This document shows positions 39,892-55,975 of a stretch of 64,000 nt of DNA, piece by piece. The notes beneath the pieces were generated by a model, which had not been told where the DNA came from, ran no database searches, and saw only the letters and a list, made by a program, of their open reading frames with translations. The stretch's first letter is position 1. Each line of letters opens with the position of its first letter. The DNA comes from Camelus dromedarius (taxonomy: Eukaryota): contig NC_087462.1 in assembly GCF_036321535.1 (NCBI RefSeq), positions 868,001-932,000 of the forward strand, given 5' to 3'. A program made the position numbers and the translations under genes.

Positions 39892-42800
39892 TCAGACATC
39901 TCTGGGTTTCAGCCTGCAGTGGGGCCTGGAGTGGTGACCGGGGTGGTCCCCACTGCTGGCAGGTCCGACACACAGCAGCAGGCAGCCCGCGAGAAGGATG
40001 CTGCAGAGGAGGGAGTTCCCGAAGGCCACGGCCAGCAGGGCCAGCACCAGGGCCAGGGCTCGCCCATGGCAGCGGGCGCAGGCAGTCACGGTGGGCTGGG
40101 AGTGGCCCTTGGTGGGGGCAGGTCCGGAGCAGGAGCCCCGCTGCTCATCCAGCGTGGATGGCGGCGGGCAGGAGGTACAGTCCAGCGGGGAGCTGCCGCG
40201 GCAGGTGTAGCAGGACGAGTGGCAGCTGGAGCACATCTGCAGGGCAGGGGCGTCCAGGCCTCCAGGCCCAGCAGTCACCGCCTGCTGCGTGTGGTTGAAG
40301 TACCTCGGCGGGCAGTGGGAGAGGCAGAGGTGGCCCAGGATGTAGGCAGGGCTGTGGCATTCTGCACAAGAGACACGTCCACAGGGCTGTGAGGCCATGA
40401 CCCACTGCCGCAGCCTGCCCGCCACCCCGGGCTGCACACGCACACTGCCCGCCACCTCCCAGCGGGCGGGCCCTGCCGCGCCGGGCACTCACCCTGGCAC
40501 AGCCCCTCCGTGTCCCGCTGCACACACGCGCTGCTGGTCACCTGGGGGCCTGGGGGCCGTGCCGTCATATCCTCGGCCGTCCCGTAGAGGAGCAGAGTGT
40601 AGCGGTACAGCGTCCCTGGGCAGGGGTCGTGGTGGGCACCGAAAGGAGGGGGAGAGACTGTTGGCAGCCTGGTCCTGCCATTCTGGGCCCCCTACCCCTG
40701 CCACCCCCACTCCATCCCAGATCCGCAGACTCAGACGGTGCCCCGGGCCGCCTGGCACCGTCTGCACGCTGTGGACACCCATTGCTCCCTAGCACCTGAA
40801 CACCTGCTGCGGGCTGGTAAGTGAACACCCACTATGCACCAGACGTGCCTGCTTAGTCTCTCCGAGGAGACCACTGGGAGCCCCTGTGCAGGGTTCAGGA
40901 GGCTGGCCCCAGGGCTCGGGGCGGGTGGGGGCCAGCCCCAGCCCGCGTGCGGCTGTCACCTGTGTTGAAGTAGTAGCCCTTGTTCTCCAGGCCCAGGGTC
41001 CACGAGCCCCGTGGGTCCTCATCCCAGAAGTGGGTGGACATGAAGATCCAGCTGTTGTAGCCTTGGCCGCTGGCATCCAAGGGTCTGGGACAGACAGGAA
41101 GGTGGAGGTGGGGAGGGGCTCAGAACCACAGTCCTGCAGGGCGCTGAGCACAGGAAGTGTCTGACTGTGGTGCCACATGCTGGCAAGGGACCAGCCCCCG
41201 CAGGCAGGGGTGGGGTCCACTTTGCGCTTGGCCCCTCCAAGTGGGGTCGCTCAGGAAGGAGAGAGCACTTGCGCCCAGGGCTGGTCCCCTGGGCCCGCAC
41301 CTGATGGCCACGAGCGTAGAGCGGGTGCCCATGGGGCTGGTGAGTGAGATTTCCAGGTCCCCACGGCGGCTGTAGGACAGGGACAGCTGCACCTGCACGT
41401 GCTCCAGTGAGCGGATGTAGTTGGCCTGGCCGGCGCAGGCCGACACGTTCTTCCTCACATGCATCTGCTGCAGGATGGGGCTGGGGGCCGCAACTTCAGT
41501 GTCGGTGTCGGGGTCGGTGTCCGTGTCAATACTGAAGGCCACTCCTGCTGGCCTGCTGGGGGATGGGCTGCCAGCAGTCAGGGTCTGGGCTCAGATCATG
41601 AGACTTGCCCTCTCCTTGTACAAATGGGTAAACTGAGGCCTCAGGGCCTGCCCCCCATGTGTCCACGCCCCAGGTGGTAATGACAGGTGTGTGGGGAGGG
41701 TTGGGGAGTTGGCAGGTGGGGGTAGGGCTGGGTAGCTCGGGGGAGGGCTGGAGAGGTGGCAGGTGGTGGCTGGGCAGGTAGGGGGAAGACCAGGGGATGT
41801 GGTAGGTGTTGGGGGAGGGTTGGGGAGATGGGGAAGGTAAGGGGATCGTGGGGAGGGCTAAGGAGATGGCAGGTGAGCACAGGGACTGGGCAGAGGTGGC
41901 GCTCACGTGGGAGTGTGAACAATGTGGACGGTGCATTTCTTTTGGGGTTGCGTGGGCAGCCACGTCCGGGCCAGGCCCACCAGAAGCCCGGCATCCAGCA
42001 GCCCGTAGCCGTAGTGGTGGCTCACTGTGGGGGGGCAGCTGTCACCGCCCTGTGGTTTCGGCACCCCCACCCCTGCCCGGTCCTGCCGCACCTTGGCGTC
42101 CCACACCGTTGGTCCTCCAGTCCTCAGCCTGGAGATGAGCCGGCCTGGACGCACGAACCACCAGATGCTGCATGTCCCTCCACGTCAAGAACGGGCTGGG
42201 AGGGGGTGAAGGCAGGTGAGCAGGGGCCAGGCCGGGGGGCACAGGCGGTATGTGGGGCCCTACTGGCACCTACTTGGCCTCCAGAGCCAGGGCGATCATG
42301 CCCGCGGCCAGCGGCGCAGAGGCCGAGGTGCCTGTGTGCTTGTCCGTGCACCGGTGGTGCAGGTCTGTGGTGACCTGGGGGCACAGAGAGGGACTCAGGG
42401 GCCAGCGCACACGAAAACCCTGCCTGGTTCACAAAGTCCCAAGGGCTTCAAGCAAGAGGCACCACAGAGCAGGACAGCAGGCTCAGGGCCCTGAACAGGG
42501 TGCCTGCCCTCCTGGGAGACATGAGGGTGTGGAAGGGGCAACCACCGTGCGGCCTGGCCCTGGGACCCCAGTCTGTGTGTCAGGCGCCCACAGGGCAGCC
42601 CTGGGAGGAGGGAAGTCGGGGGACCAGGGAGCCAGGTGGGGTGGGCAGGTCCGGCTGCAAGAGGGCACTGGGCAGGCACTCACAATTTGGGGGTCTGTGG
42701 CCACGCCGCTGCTGAAGGTAGTGGTGAGTGTGGAGGCGCAAGCCTCACTGTACCAGGGCACGTGGCCCTGCTGGGTGGTGCTGCCCACGGAGAGCGTGTG

Positions 42801-45799
42801 GATGCTGTTGGTGTAGCCGTCACAGTTGCAGTTGTCATAGTGCAGGCCACCGTTGCCTGAGGCCCAGATGAAGAGGGTGCCCAGCCCACCGCGGCCCTGC
42901 AGACGAGAGACAGGGACAGAGACTGGGATGGAGCGTGGGCCTCCCACACAGGCCCAGGCCTCTGTGCCCCGCGCCCGCTCACCTTGGTCACGCCGCGCCT
43001 AAAGGCCTCTCGGGTGAGGATGCCCGGGCCGTCCACCGTGCGGCCATCGTCCTCAGGGCCCCAGCTGGCGCTGTAGATGTGGATGTGCTGCGGCTGCAGG
43101 CTCAGCGACTGGGCCTCGATGACGTCCGTGATGGTCCCGTCCAGCATGCGCACCCCTGTGTGGGCGGTGGAGGTGGCCTCTGTGGGCATCCTGCCTGTGC
43201 CCGGGGCTGGGGGTGTCTGGGGGGGCTCAGCATGGCCCAGGGATGAGCACGTGGCACCCAGAGGCTTCCTCCCCTAGCTCTCTGCCAACTCTCCTGGGTA
43301 TTTGCAGCTACCCCGGGCCGCGGGCCTGAGTCTGTCCCTGGCGAGAGCCTGAGTACCTCCGATACGGGCGTTGTAGGCGACGCCAGTGCCACAGAGCCTG
43401 TTGTTTGCTATCGCTGCCACTTCCCCAGCACAGCGGGTTCCGTGCCTGATGCCAAGTCAGAGACAGGTTCCTGTCACAGCCCCCTCGGTCCCCCAGGGAT
43501 ACCAGGAGCTGCCCCCTTGCCCTGTGGGACACTAGGCTCACCGGTTCTCGTCACTGGGTGTGTATCTCGGCTGCGGGTCTGGGTCGTAGTCGTTGAAGTC
43601 ATAGCTGGCCAGGGGGTCCTGGGGGAGGGTGGGAACTTGAAGGGGCTGTGACAGGCCTTGGGACGTGAGGAAGCCCTGACCCGGCCCCACGGACTCACGT
43701 AGTTGGCCCAGAGGTCTGGGTGGTCCTTCTCGATGCCGTCATCCAGGACAGAGACCACGATGCCCTGGCCGGACAGTCCCTGGCTCCACACCTGCAGGAT
43801 GTTCAGGTCCGGCTGCACCTTGTTGTTCTGTGCAAGGCGGGGCCAGGGTCAGTGGGGCTCTGGCCTGGTCCAGCCCCGCCGCCCAGCCTGGCCAGCTCAC
43901 CATGTACCACTGCTTGGAGAACCAGGGGTCCGTGGGCACCACCAGGGAGCGTTTCACCCGCCGCCGCAGCGTCTGCTGCTGGAACCACTGCACCTGGGGG
44001 GGACCATGCCGTGGGAGGGGACTTGGATCCACGAGCTTCCCACCCTCCTCCCAGCTTCCTGTTGTCACACTTGAGTGCTTTAGAGGGCCCTGTCCCAGAG
44101 ACCACAGCAACCTGCCCCTCAGCCCTTCTGCCAATTCCTGGTCAAAAGGCCCAAATCTGCTTCCAGGGTCTGGGTGGGCCTCTTCTCTGGGTCTGCCAAG
44201 GGGCTGTGGTTTAGTGGGATGTATGTCTGGGCTGTCCACTGCTTGTCCTGGGGACCTCAGAGTGTGGGATGGGGCCAGGGACTCCGTGTTTGCTGGGGCT
44301 GCTCTTGGGGGTCCCCATGTGCCTGGGGCTCTCCCTTCAAAGGGGGCCGAAGCCCTCAGAGTACCCGCCTCCAGGGGCCAACAGACACAAGGCTGCTCCC
44401 CAGAGTGGCTGGGTTCCCAACCCTGCCCCTTTTCCCATCCTTGTTTTAGAATCCCTCTCCCCAAGACCTGCCCATATCCCCCTGCAGGGCCCACTTCTTT
44501 CTACCTCACCCTCCCCAGTGCAGGACACCCCTGTGTGGCTAGACCTGTCTCCTCCTTGGTCCTTCAGCTGCCCTGCCCCTGCCACCTCTCTACAACACTC
44601 TCTTGGAACACTGCAGCCTCACTCTCTGTTGAAACCCTCCCGTGGTTCCCCACCACGCTTTCCAGAGCCCACAAGGCTCCTTGGTTGTCTTCCTCTGCTG
44701 CACCCACAGTGGCTGTCTCACTCGCCACCAGCCCCCCACCAGCCTTCCTTTGCTGCACCCACAGTGGCTGTCTCACTCGCCACCAGCCCCCCACCAGCCT
44801 TCCTCTGCTGCACCCACAGTGGCTGTCTCACTCCAGGACCTTTGCACATGCTGTTCTGACTGACCTGGCTTGCTCTTGCTCAGACCTTTGCCCTTCCCCC
44901 CTTTTCCTTATTGATTGTCCACCCGCTAAACCAGCTGATGTTCCCCTGCCCCCATCTCAACAGTCAGGGCCATCTTCTCCCCATTTGCTCAGCTCCAGAC
45001 TTGGAAACTGGCCTCCATTTCCCACACATCCAATCCATTAGCAAGCCCTGGTCTCTGTCCTGCAAGCCACATCCCCACCGTAGAGACTAGGGGGCCAAAT
45101 AGACACCAAGATGCAGAACTTGGTGACTCGCCAAAGGTCACACAGCCATTCATAACAATCACAAGAATAACAGGAGGTGGCTGAGACCCCTGAGGGGGCA
45201 GCCTCGAGGCCAGGCTCACCTTGGGGTCTTTCTTCAGGCGCAGGCAGTGGCCCCAGTGCGGAGTTAGGGACTGCTGGATCACGCCCCGGTGCCGCAGATG
45301 GAAATACTGCCCGTCAGGGAAGATCTGGGAATGTGGGGGAGCAGTGGCATGGATGGGACCGGGCTGTCCTGATGGAGCTCCCCACAGGAGAGAGGCCAGG
45401 CCCCAACTCCTTACATCCTCCCCCAACCAGGGGCCCAGGTGGGGGCTTCAGGTGCCCTCTGGGGATCCCAGAATCTGAAGCTGATCGAGGCAGGAGAGAC
45501 CTTGGAGTCCTGGATATCTGGGGAACCTAGGGGGCCCCTTCCATCTGTTGGGGTCTGGGGTCCTCCAGCCCCCGCCCCCTCCCGTCAATCCGGGTCCCTC
45601 CCACCTGCCCCAGGTTGACGAAGCCGAATTTGCGCGCCAGGCGCTCGACCTCCTGGTAACCCTGGGACACCCGCACAGCCCAGCTGCTGACATAGATGGG
45701 GACCCGGGCCGAGGCCCACCCCACAGCCATGGGGCCAACGAGTGCCAGGCCCAGGGCCAAGGTCAGTCGTAACCAGAGCGCAATCCGGGCAGGCCGCAT
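39892..45799 (-). CDS. PCSK4: Proprotein convertase subtilisin/kexin type 4, ~764 aa. Exons: 45799-45605, 45324-45220, 43993-43901, 43827-43699, 43618-43542, 43445-43357, 43155-42983, 42896-42684, 42374-42274, 42195-42092, 42024-41907, 41480-41301, 41084-40960, 40615-40493, 40361-39892
   Basis: Signal peptide [20 protein letters not shown], prodomain ending RVKR, catalytic motifs VLDDG, HGTRC, SGNGG and GTSASAP, P-domain (SRRGDL), Cys-rich region and C-terminal hydrophobic segment. 2295 nt in frame, all GT-AG. Confidence 0.96.
44689..44833. repeat. 55-bp minisatellite, ~2.6 copies, in PCSK4 intron 2
   Basis: CTGCACCCACAGTGGCTGTCTCACTC at 44698, 44753 and 44808; only one mismatch between the full copies. 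Confidence 0.9.
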
Positions 45800-46770
45800 T
45801 GCGGCGGGGGCGGGGCGGGGGCGGGGCCTACAAAAGCCCCTCCCCTTGGCCAAACCGCCAAGACGTCCCAGGCGCCCGCCCCGCCCCTGGAGCCATAGCA
45901 ACCCCTGAAAGGCTTCAATTCCCAGGGGGCCTTGCGTCTCCCCGATTAGAAGGGCGAGATCTGATAGCAGTGTCGGGGGAACACGCGGCCACTCTGGTAG
46001 TCTGCAGACTCAAACCCTCCGGAGCCTCAGTCTCCCCATTTGTACAATGACCTTAATCTTCTGACCCAGAGGAGCGGGTTCCCCGTTGCTAAAATTGACC
46101 CCGCCCCTTTATCTGATCCCGCCCACACTCATATACGCCCCTCCCCTTAGAATAAGTCTTGTTGCTTCCTTTTCGGACCAACCAGAATTGTCTTTTCAAA
46201 AAGTCCCGCCTTCTCAATTTAGCTCCGCCCCATCCTGGTCCCTCAGAGTCCTTCCCTCCTCCTTTATGTTCAGCCCCGCCCCCTCTCTGTTTTCTCCAAC
46301 GAATCTTTTCGCGTTTCTCCAATCAACTCTGGCTTTTCTCCGGCCCCTCCCACCAACTCCGCCTCCCCAGCACTCTTCTCTCCCTCCCATAGCTCCACCC
46401 CCACAGCAGCTCAGCCAATAATCCCCGACCATGACCCGCCCCCCCCCCCATCAGCTACGTCCCGCTCCGGCTCGGCCAATCGGGGCCCTCAGCTACGGTG
46501 CCCCGCCCCCTTCCTCCAAAGTCGCGGCTGCGGGGGCCGCGGCCCGCCAGAGGGCAATGCGGCGGGGGAGACGGGGCAGGCCCCACCTCCTTTGCCCGCC
46601 CTGCCCTCCCATTGGCCAGAGCGGGGGACAGGAGGTGGAGACCGGCCAGGGGGCGGAGACCAGCTCCCGGGCCGAGCGGTGCGGCTCACGAAAGGCAGCC
46701 CGAGCGCGACCAAGTCCGTGCGCGGGGCGGCGGTCAAACTCAGGCTGCCAACCCCGGGCCCACCGGTGCC
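45800..46770. promoter_or_regulatory. Head-to-head PCSK4/REEP6 promoter region
   Basis: Divergent ATGs 971 nt apart in a CpG island, with GC boxes, CCAAT boxes at 46319, 46415, 46476 and 46611 (ATTGG), and an RFX-like GGAGCCATAGCAAC at 45889-45902. Confidence 0.7.
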
Positions 46771-50970
<4,200 letters not shown>

Positions 50971-51224
50971 AGTCCCTGTCCAGCCCCGGCAAAGACCTGC
51001 CAGCCGGTAAGCTGGAGGACACATCGCACCCCAAGTCTTCTGTGGCTTCCTCTGAGTCCCCAGCAGAGTCTTCCACCAGCCCCTTGTCCCCGAGCAAGGC
51101 AGCCGCCAGGACCTCTGCCAGCCTGAGCCAGTCCCAGCCTCACTCCCCAGCCACTGGCTCTGTCAGTGGCTCCCACCTGCCTGGCAAGGTCCAGGGTGGG
51201 CTTCGGTCTCGAGCCAACTTCTCT

Positions 51225-51374
51225 GGCCAGCCCCAGGCCCCTGGCCAGCCCCGGGCCTCCGGCCAGACTCAGACCCCCGGCCAGACTCAGACCCCCGGCC
51301 AGCCCCGGGCCTCCGGCCAGACTCAGACCCCCGGCCAGCCCTGGGCCTCTGGCCAGACTCAGACCCGTGGCCAG
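51225..51374 (+). repeat. 18-nt tandem repeat, 8 units plus a partial unit (GGCCAG + CCCCGGGCCTCC or ACTCAGACCCCC), encoding GQxxxx hexapeptides
   Basis: Units start at 51225, 51243, 51261, 51279, 51297, 51315, 51333 and 51351. Confidence 0.95.
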
Positions 51375-51770
51375 CAGCGCACCCAACTGTCCACCACTTC
51401 CTCAGGCCCTTCCCAGATGGCCCACAGGTCCTCAGGCTCCAGGCAGCATCCCAGCACCTCCTTCAGCCAGGGGGTCCCCCTCGTGCAGTTTCCCAGTGGC
51501 ACCACCATCCCCACACAGCCCCCCAACGAGACCCCCAATGGGCCAGGGGACTCAGTCCCCAAGGCCTCCAAGCCAAGCAGGCAGCCCCTAGCACTGCCCA
51601 CCAGCAGCACCTCAGTGCCCGAGCTGCCTGCCTCCTGCCAATCTGAGTCCTCCCTGGAGTACTCCTCCGAGTCCACCATGGAGGCCAGCTGCAGCTGGAA
51701 CCACAGACCTGGGCTCCACTACCTGCAGCACTGCTGGCGGCTGAAACACCTGGCCTGCTAGGGAGGACTC

Positions 51771-51776
51771 AGTAAA
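51771..51776 (+). terminator. Probable REEP6 poly(A) signal (variant AGTAAA)
   Basis: AGTAAA 10 nt after the long-ORF stop; I saw no AATAAA in the 3' exon. Confidence 0.55.
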
Positions 51777-51989
51777 GCTCATCTGGACCAACCTCGTCCA
51801 GCTGTCTGTCCTTTGGGGGCCGGGGGAGGGGCTTCGCGGGCTCGGTCTCCTCCTCCAGGGGCAGGTGCTGCGCAGCACCACTTCGCAGATGAGAAAACTC
51901 GGACTCAGAACGGAGGGCTCACCAACTGGCCAAGACATGCCCGCAGGCCCGGGAGATCCTTGTCCTCACCCCTGAGCTTCCTCCCTCTC

Positions 51990-53614
51990 CTGGCCTAGCG
52001 GTCAGGCTCGCTCATGTCAGACCCCTTTGTTTTAAAAACTCTTCTAAGAGAAGCAAGGTAGAGGAAACAGTCCTGCCTTACCTGCGCTCCCCCCAGAAGC
52101 AGGCATCGGGCAGGAATTTGAGTTCTCAGGAGGAGACCTGTGAAGCACCAGTAGGGAGTGGAGCAGGGATAGAGGGGGATGGAGGAAGGCGGTGAAGGTG
52201 TGGCCAAGCCCAGCACACCTGCGGGCAATTGGTGCTCTGACTCCCATCGAATGCACACCTGAGACTTAGCCTGCCCAGGTGCTCAGGAAGCAAGGCCTCA
52301 TCCACCACCTTGGTGGTCCCTAGCCAGCGCCCCCTGCAGGCAGCGCAGGGGGCAGGGCTAGCCAGCCTTCAGCAAAGAGGCCCTGGGAGGCTGGCTGTGG
52401 ACATCAGCCTGGCCTTCCTGGAAATGGGGAGTGAGAAGCTGGGTGGGCATGGCCAGGACTTCCTACCACCTGCAGTTGGTTTCCTGTGTGAGGCCAGCAT
52501 GACAGTGATCACAGAAACAGGCAGGGACAGGACGAGTGAGGACAGTGATGGGCCTGCCGTGTGGAGAGGGGCAACATCTGGGTGCACAGGAGCAAATCAA
52601 ATCCAACGGGATATAAATATCCAAAACACCTCCCTGTTCAAATTCAGGTCCTCTAAAGCAGTCGGAAGCTGGGGGTGGGGGAGCTGAGCAAGGAGGTGGT
52701 CTTGGCCAGGGCCCTAGACCTGGAACTACACCTGGAACCAGCTCCAAATGGAGCCCAGGGGCCCGAGATTTGTGCCCCTACATCTGTCGGTCACTGGCTT
52801 CAGCCCAACCCCCAAGAGGGGTCTGTAACCCTGCGGGGATCTCCTTGAGGTAGCTCCTGTCAACCAAAGACAAATCTCCCACGAGACGTCAGCAGCCACG
52901 CCTGGGAGGACCCCGTGGTGTCCATCACAGACAGTTTTCCTAAACAGGTGGCAGCTTTGCACCGCTCCCAACACTGCAGCCCTGTGTCCTCATCCTTGTC
53001 AACTCCAATAAGGAAGCAGGAGGCACTGAGTGCTACTAGAAGCAGGGGGTCCAATTCATCCATTCCATTGCTCAGCCAATATTGATCACCTACTGTATAC
53101 CAGGCCTTGCTCCAGGAGCCAAGGGTAGAGTAACAATCCAGAGAGAGAAAAATCCCTGTTCCTAAGGATTTGGAAGGGTGACCATCAACACGATAAACGG
53201 ATAACACGTCAGAAGGAAGAGAATGTAATGGGGAAATGGGCAGCCGAGAGTCGGGGCGCAGGGGCTCCCCCATCAGGCAGGGTCAGAGAAAGCCTTCTCT
53301 ATGGAAATGACATCGGAGTAGACATGCGGAGGAAGTGAGGGCACAAGTCTTGTGAACACGAGGGCAGGAGTGGTCCAGGCGGCTACAGAGGAGGAGGACT
53401 TTGCCTGGCGGGTTAGAGGAAGATCGGCGGGCTGGTGTAGCGGGAGCCATGTGAGCGAGGGTGAGAGAGGTGGGTCTAGGGGGTGGACCATGCAAATACC
53501 TGCCTGCTTCTGGGGGAGCACAGGAGACGCAGGACCGTTTCCTCTACCTTGCTTCTCTTAGAAGAGTTTTTAAAACAAGGGGACTGACATGAGCAAGCCT
53601 GACCTCTAGGCCAG
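51990..53614. repeat. Long inverted repeat: arms 51990-52105 and 53501-53614 (~91% identity)
   Basis: The reverse complement of 53501-53614 aligns to 51990-52105 with ~10 differences and includes a 42-nt perfect block. Confidence 0.92.
52327..52340 (-). promoter_or_regulatory. CTCF core motif (minus strand CCTGCAGGGGGCGC)
   Basis: Plus strand GCGCCCCCTGCAGG, a close match to the consensus. Confidence 0.55.
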
Positions 53615-54384
53615 CGAAGACTTCGGCTTTAACTCCGGGATGTAGGATTTCTTGGAAGGAGGGGATCGAGGCTAATTATTAATGAGCTCCCACCCTGCTG
53701 GGAAGTCCACCTGGGCACTGGGGACAGGGATCTTGGCATCTGCTTATCACTGCCCCAGCTGTTTGAAGATGGTGGTGTGACCTTGGTCCGGGGCTGGCTC
53801 TCTCTGCACCTGACCTCGCCCCGCTCCCGCTGTGCCCCTCAAAGACCATCCCAGGGCCCCACCCACCCCTGGGTCAGCTCACCTAGGAACACAGGTGAAA
53901 GGACACACGCCTGACTCACCAGGTGGAGGCAGTGACCTTTAGTCCGTCAGACATGTTTTAATTTAAACATACAGAAAAGCGTAGTCAGTGACTTGAGGCA
54001 AGTAACGCATCAGGGCTGGCCCTGCTGGTCACTCCCCACCCTCAAAGGCAGCCCCATCCACACCTCCCCCCACCCGTGAAGGTCACTTGCATCCCGTCCA
54101 CGGTGTTTTCTGCCCTCTCCCGTCTGTCTCAGACTCGCCGCACTGCCACGGGCAGGGCCCCTGGTGCCCTTCTCTTCCGCTGGCAGAGAGCATGTCATTC
54201 TATGGGAAGGCCGTAGGGTGCCCCATGCCACTGTGGGTGGGCCTTAGCGTTGTTTCCAGTTGGGGGCTATTGTGACAAAAGCTGCTAGGAACATTCTAGA
54301 ACCAGTCTTTGGTAAGCAGTGCTCTCCTTCCCCTTCGGCATTCACTTGTCAGACTGCAGGGTTTCAGGTGAGAGTGTGAGCCTC

Positions 54385-54795
54385 CTGGAGCTGCTTTAAC
54401 CAATTACCACCAACTGGGAGGCTTGGGACAATAGAAATTTATTCTCTCACCATCTGGAGGCCTCAAGTCCAAGATCCAGGGCTGGCAGGGCCGTGGTCCC
54501 TCCAGAGGCTCCAGAGGAGGGTCCTTCCTGCCTCCACCGGCTTCTGGGGGCCCCAAGCATCCCTGGGCTTGTGGCCCCATTGCTCCGACCTCTGCCTCCA
54601 CCACCACATGGCCATCTTCTCGGTCTCTCCTCTGCGTGTCTCTTACAAGGACACCTGTCATTGGATTTAGGGCCCACTTGGATAATCCAGAGTGATTTTG
54701 AGACCCTTACCAACATCTGCAAAGACTCTTTTTCCAAATAAGATCCTGTTCACAGGTCCCAGGGGTTAGGGCGTGGACGTGTTTATTCAACCTTA
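54385..54795. mobile_element. MLT1-type MaLR solo LTR nested in an old L1 fragment (L1 pieces ~54130-54350 and ~54800-54880)
   Basis: accaactgggaggcttgggacaatagaaatttattctctcac...ggaggcctcaagtccaagatc...aaggacacctgtcattggatttagggccc...caaagactctttttccaaataag are MLT1 hallmark segments. Confidence 0.75.
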
Positions 54796-55961
54796 CACGT
54801 GAGCGTGTGTTCGGCTGTAGCAGAAACAGCCAAACTGTTTTCCCAGGTGTTATGCCATTGTAACCTGCACACCCTCATCTGATCCCGCAGGATGTGAGAC
54901 AGCCTGGATGGGGTGGTTCAGCAGCCCTTCAACTGGACACGTGTCCTCCCGTGGGTCAGCCAGCTTGTACGGAGTCAGTGAGAGACGAGCACACAGCAGG
55001 AGGGTGCTGTGTGCAGAGAATTAAAAACAGTAAGAACAGCATCAGACCCCCCCAGGGCCATGTTGCTGAGCACAAATGTTCCTGGGGCTGCTGAATCCAC
55101 TGGTGTGATTACTTTTGTCTTAATAACATGGACGCAAGTTTCCAACGTGCCTCTTTTCCTTCTTCATTCTTTAATAAACGTCATCTCCCTTGGGAAGTCC
55201 AGAGAATTCCCAGTTCCAGATGCGTGAAGACTCGGCTGCGTGGGCTTCCCTTGAGAGGACGTTCCCATCTGTAATCATTTGCGGTCTCTTCAGGGACACA
55301 GTAAATAATAAAACCCTGAGAGCTGGGGATTGTGCAGACACGAAGAAGCAGATCTCGAGTCACTCCATTTCCGTCATTCCCTGTAAGCGTCCGGAGTTTT
55401 TATTCCTGTTTAAAGCATCAAAGCCGCGTGGTATCTTTGCTGGGCGAGCGTGATCGCCAGTTTCGCTGTGCACGTTGCTGAATTTGAGAATCTTTAGAAC
55501 CACAGTGTTTTCTACTCTCTTTAAATCGTTCCGTCGATTTTTTTATTTAAAGCTCAAGAGAAAACCAGAAAAACAACGAAATGCTTACTGCGGAGGGTTA
55601 CAGGATCACGACTGGAAACAACGTTGCCACTGGCAGGAGAGGCCGTCCAGAGACCGGGCTGCGGGGAGTCCTGGCCTCTGTGGCCACAGGCCATCTCATC
55701 TGCTGCCCGAGTGGGCCCTGCACTGGCCTCCCTCCCAGCAGGTGCCTCGCCCAGGCCAACTGGTCTAGCTGGTGGGGAGTAGGTGGCAGCGCTGACCCAC
55801 AGAGCTCTGGGGAGGAGGAGGCTGGAGACTCCCATTCCCTGAGACACCCTCACCCTGCAGTGAGGCAGAGAGGACCACCTCTGGATAACAGGCCCGGGCA
55901 GTAGGGCCCTTGGGGGCTGCGGGTAACACCGGGAGCGAGCAATCCTTCTTCCCCCGTCCTG

Positions 55962-55975
55962 CCACCAGGGGGCGC
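55962..55975 (+). promoter_or_regulatory. CTCF core motif CCACCAGGGGGCGC
   Basis: Exact match to the canonical CTCF core consensus. Confidence 0.7.

Noticed and set aside
43830-45041. 403-aa plus-strand ORF antisense to PCSK4
   Set aside because: It runs through C-rich intron sequence and the 55-bp minisatellite, which lack stops by composition; no coding features.
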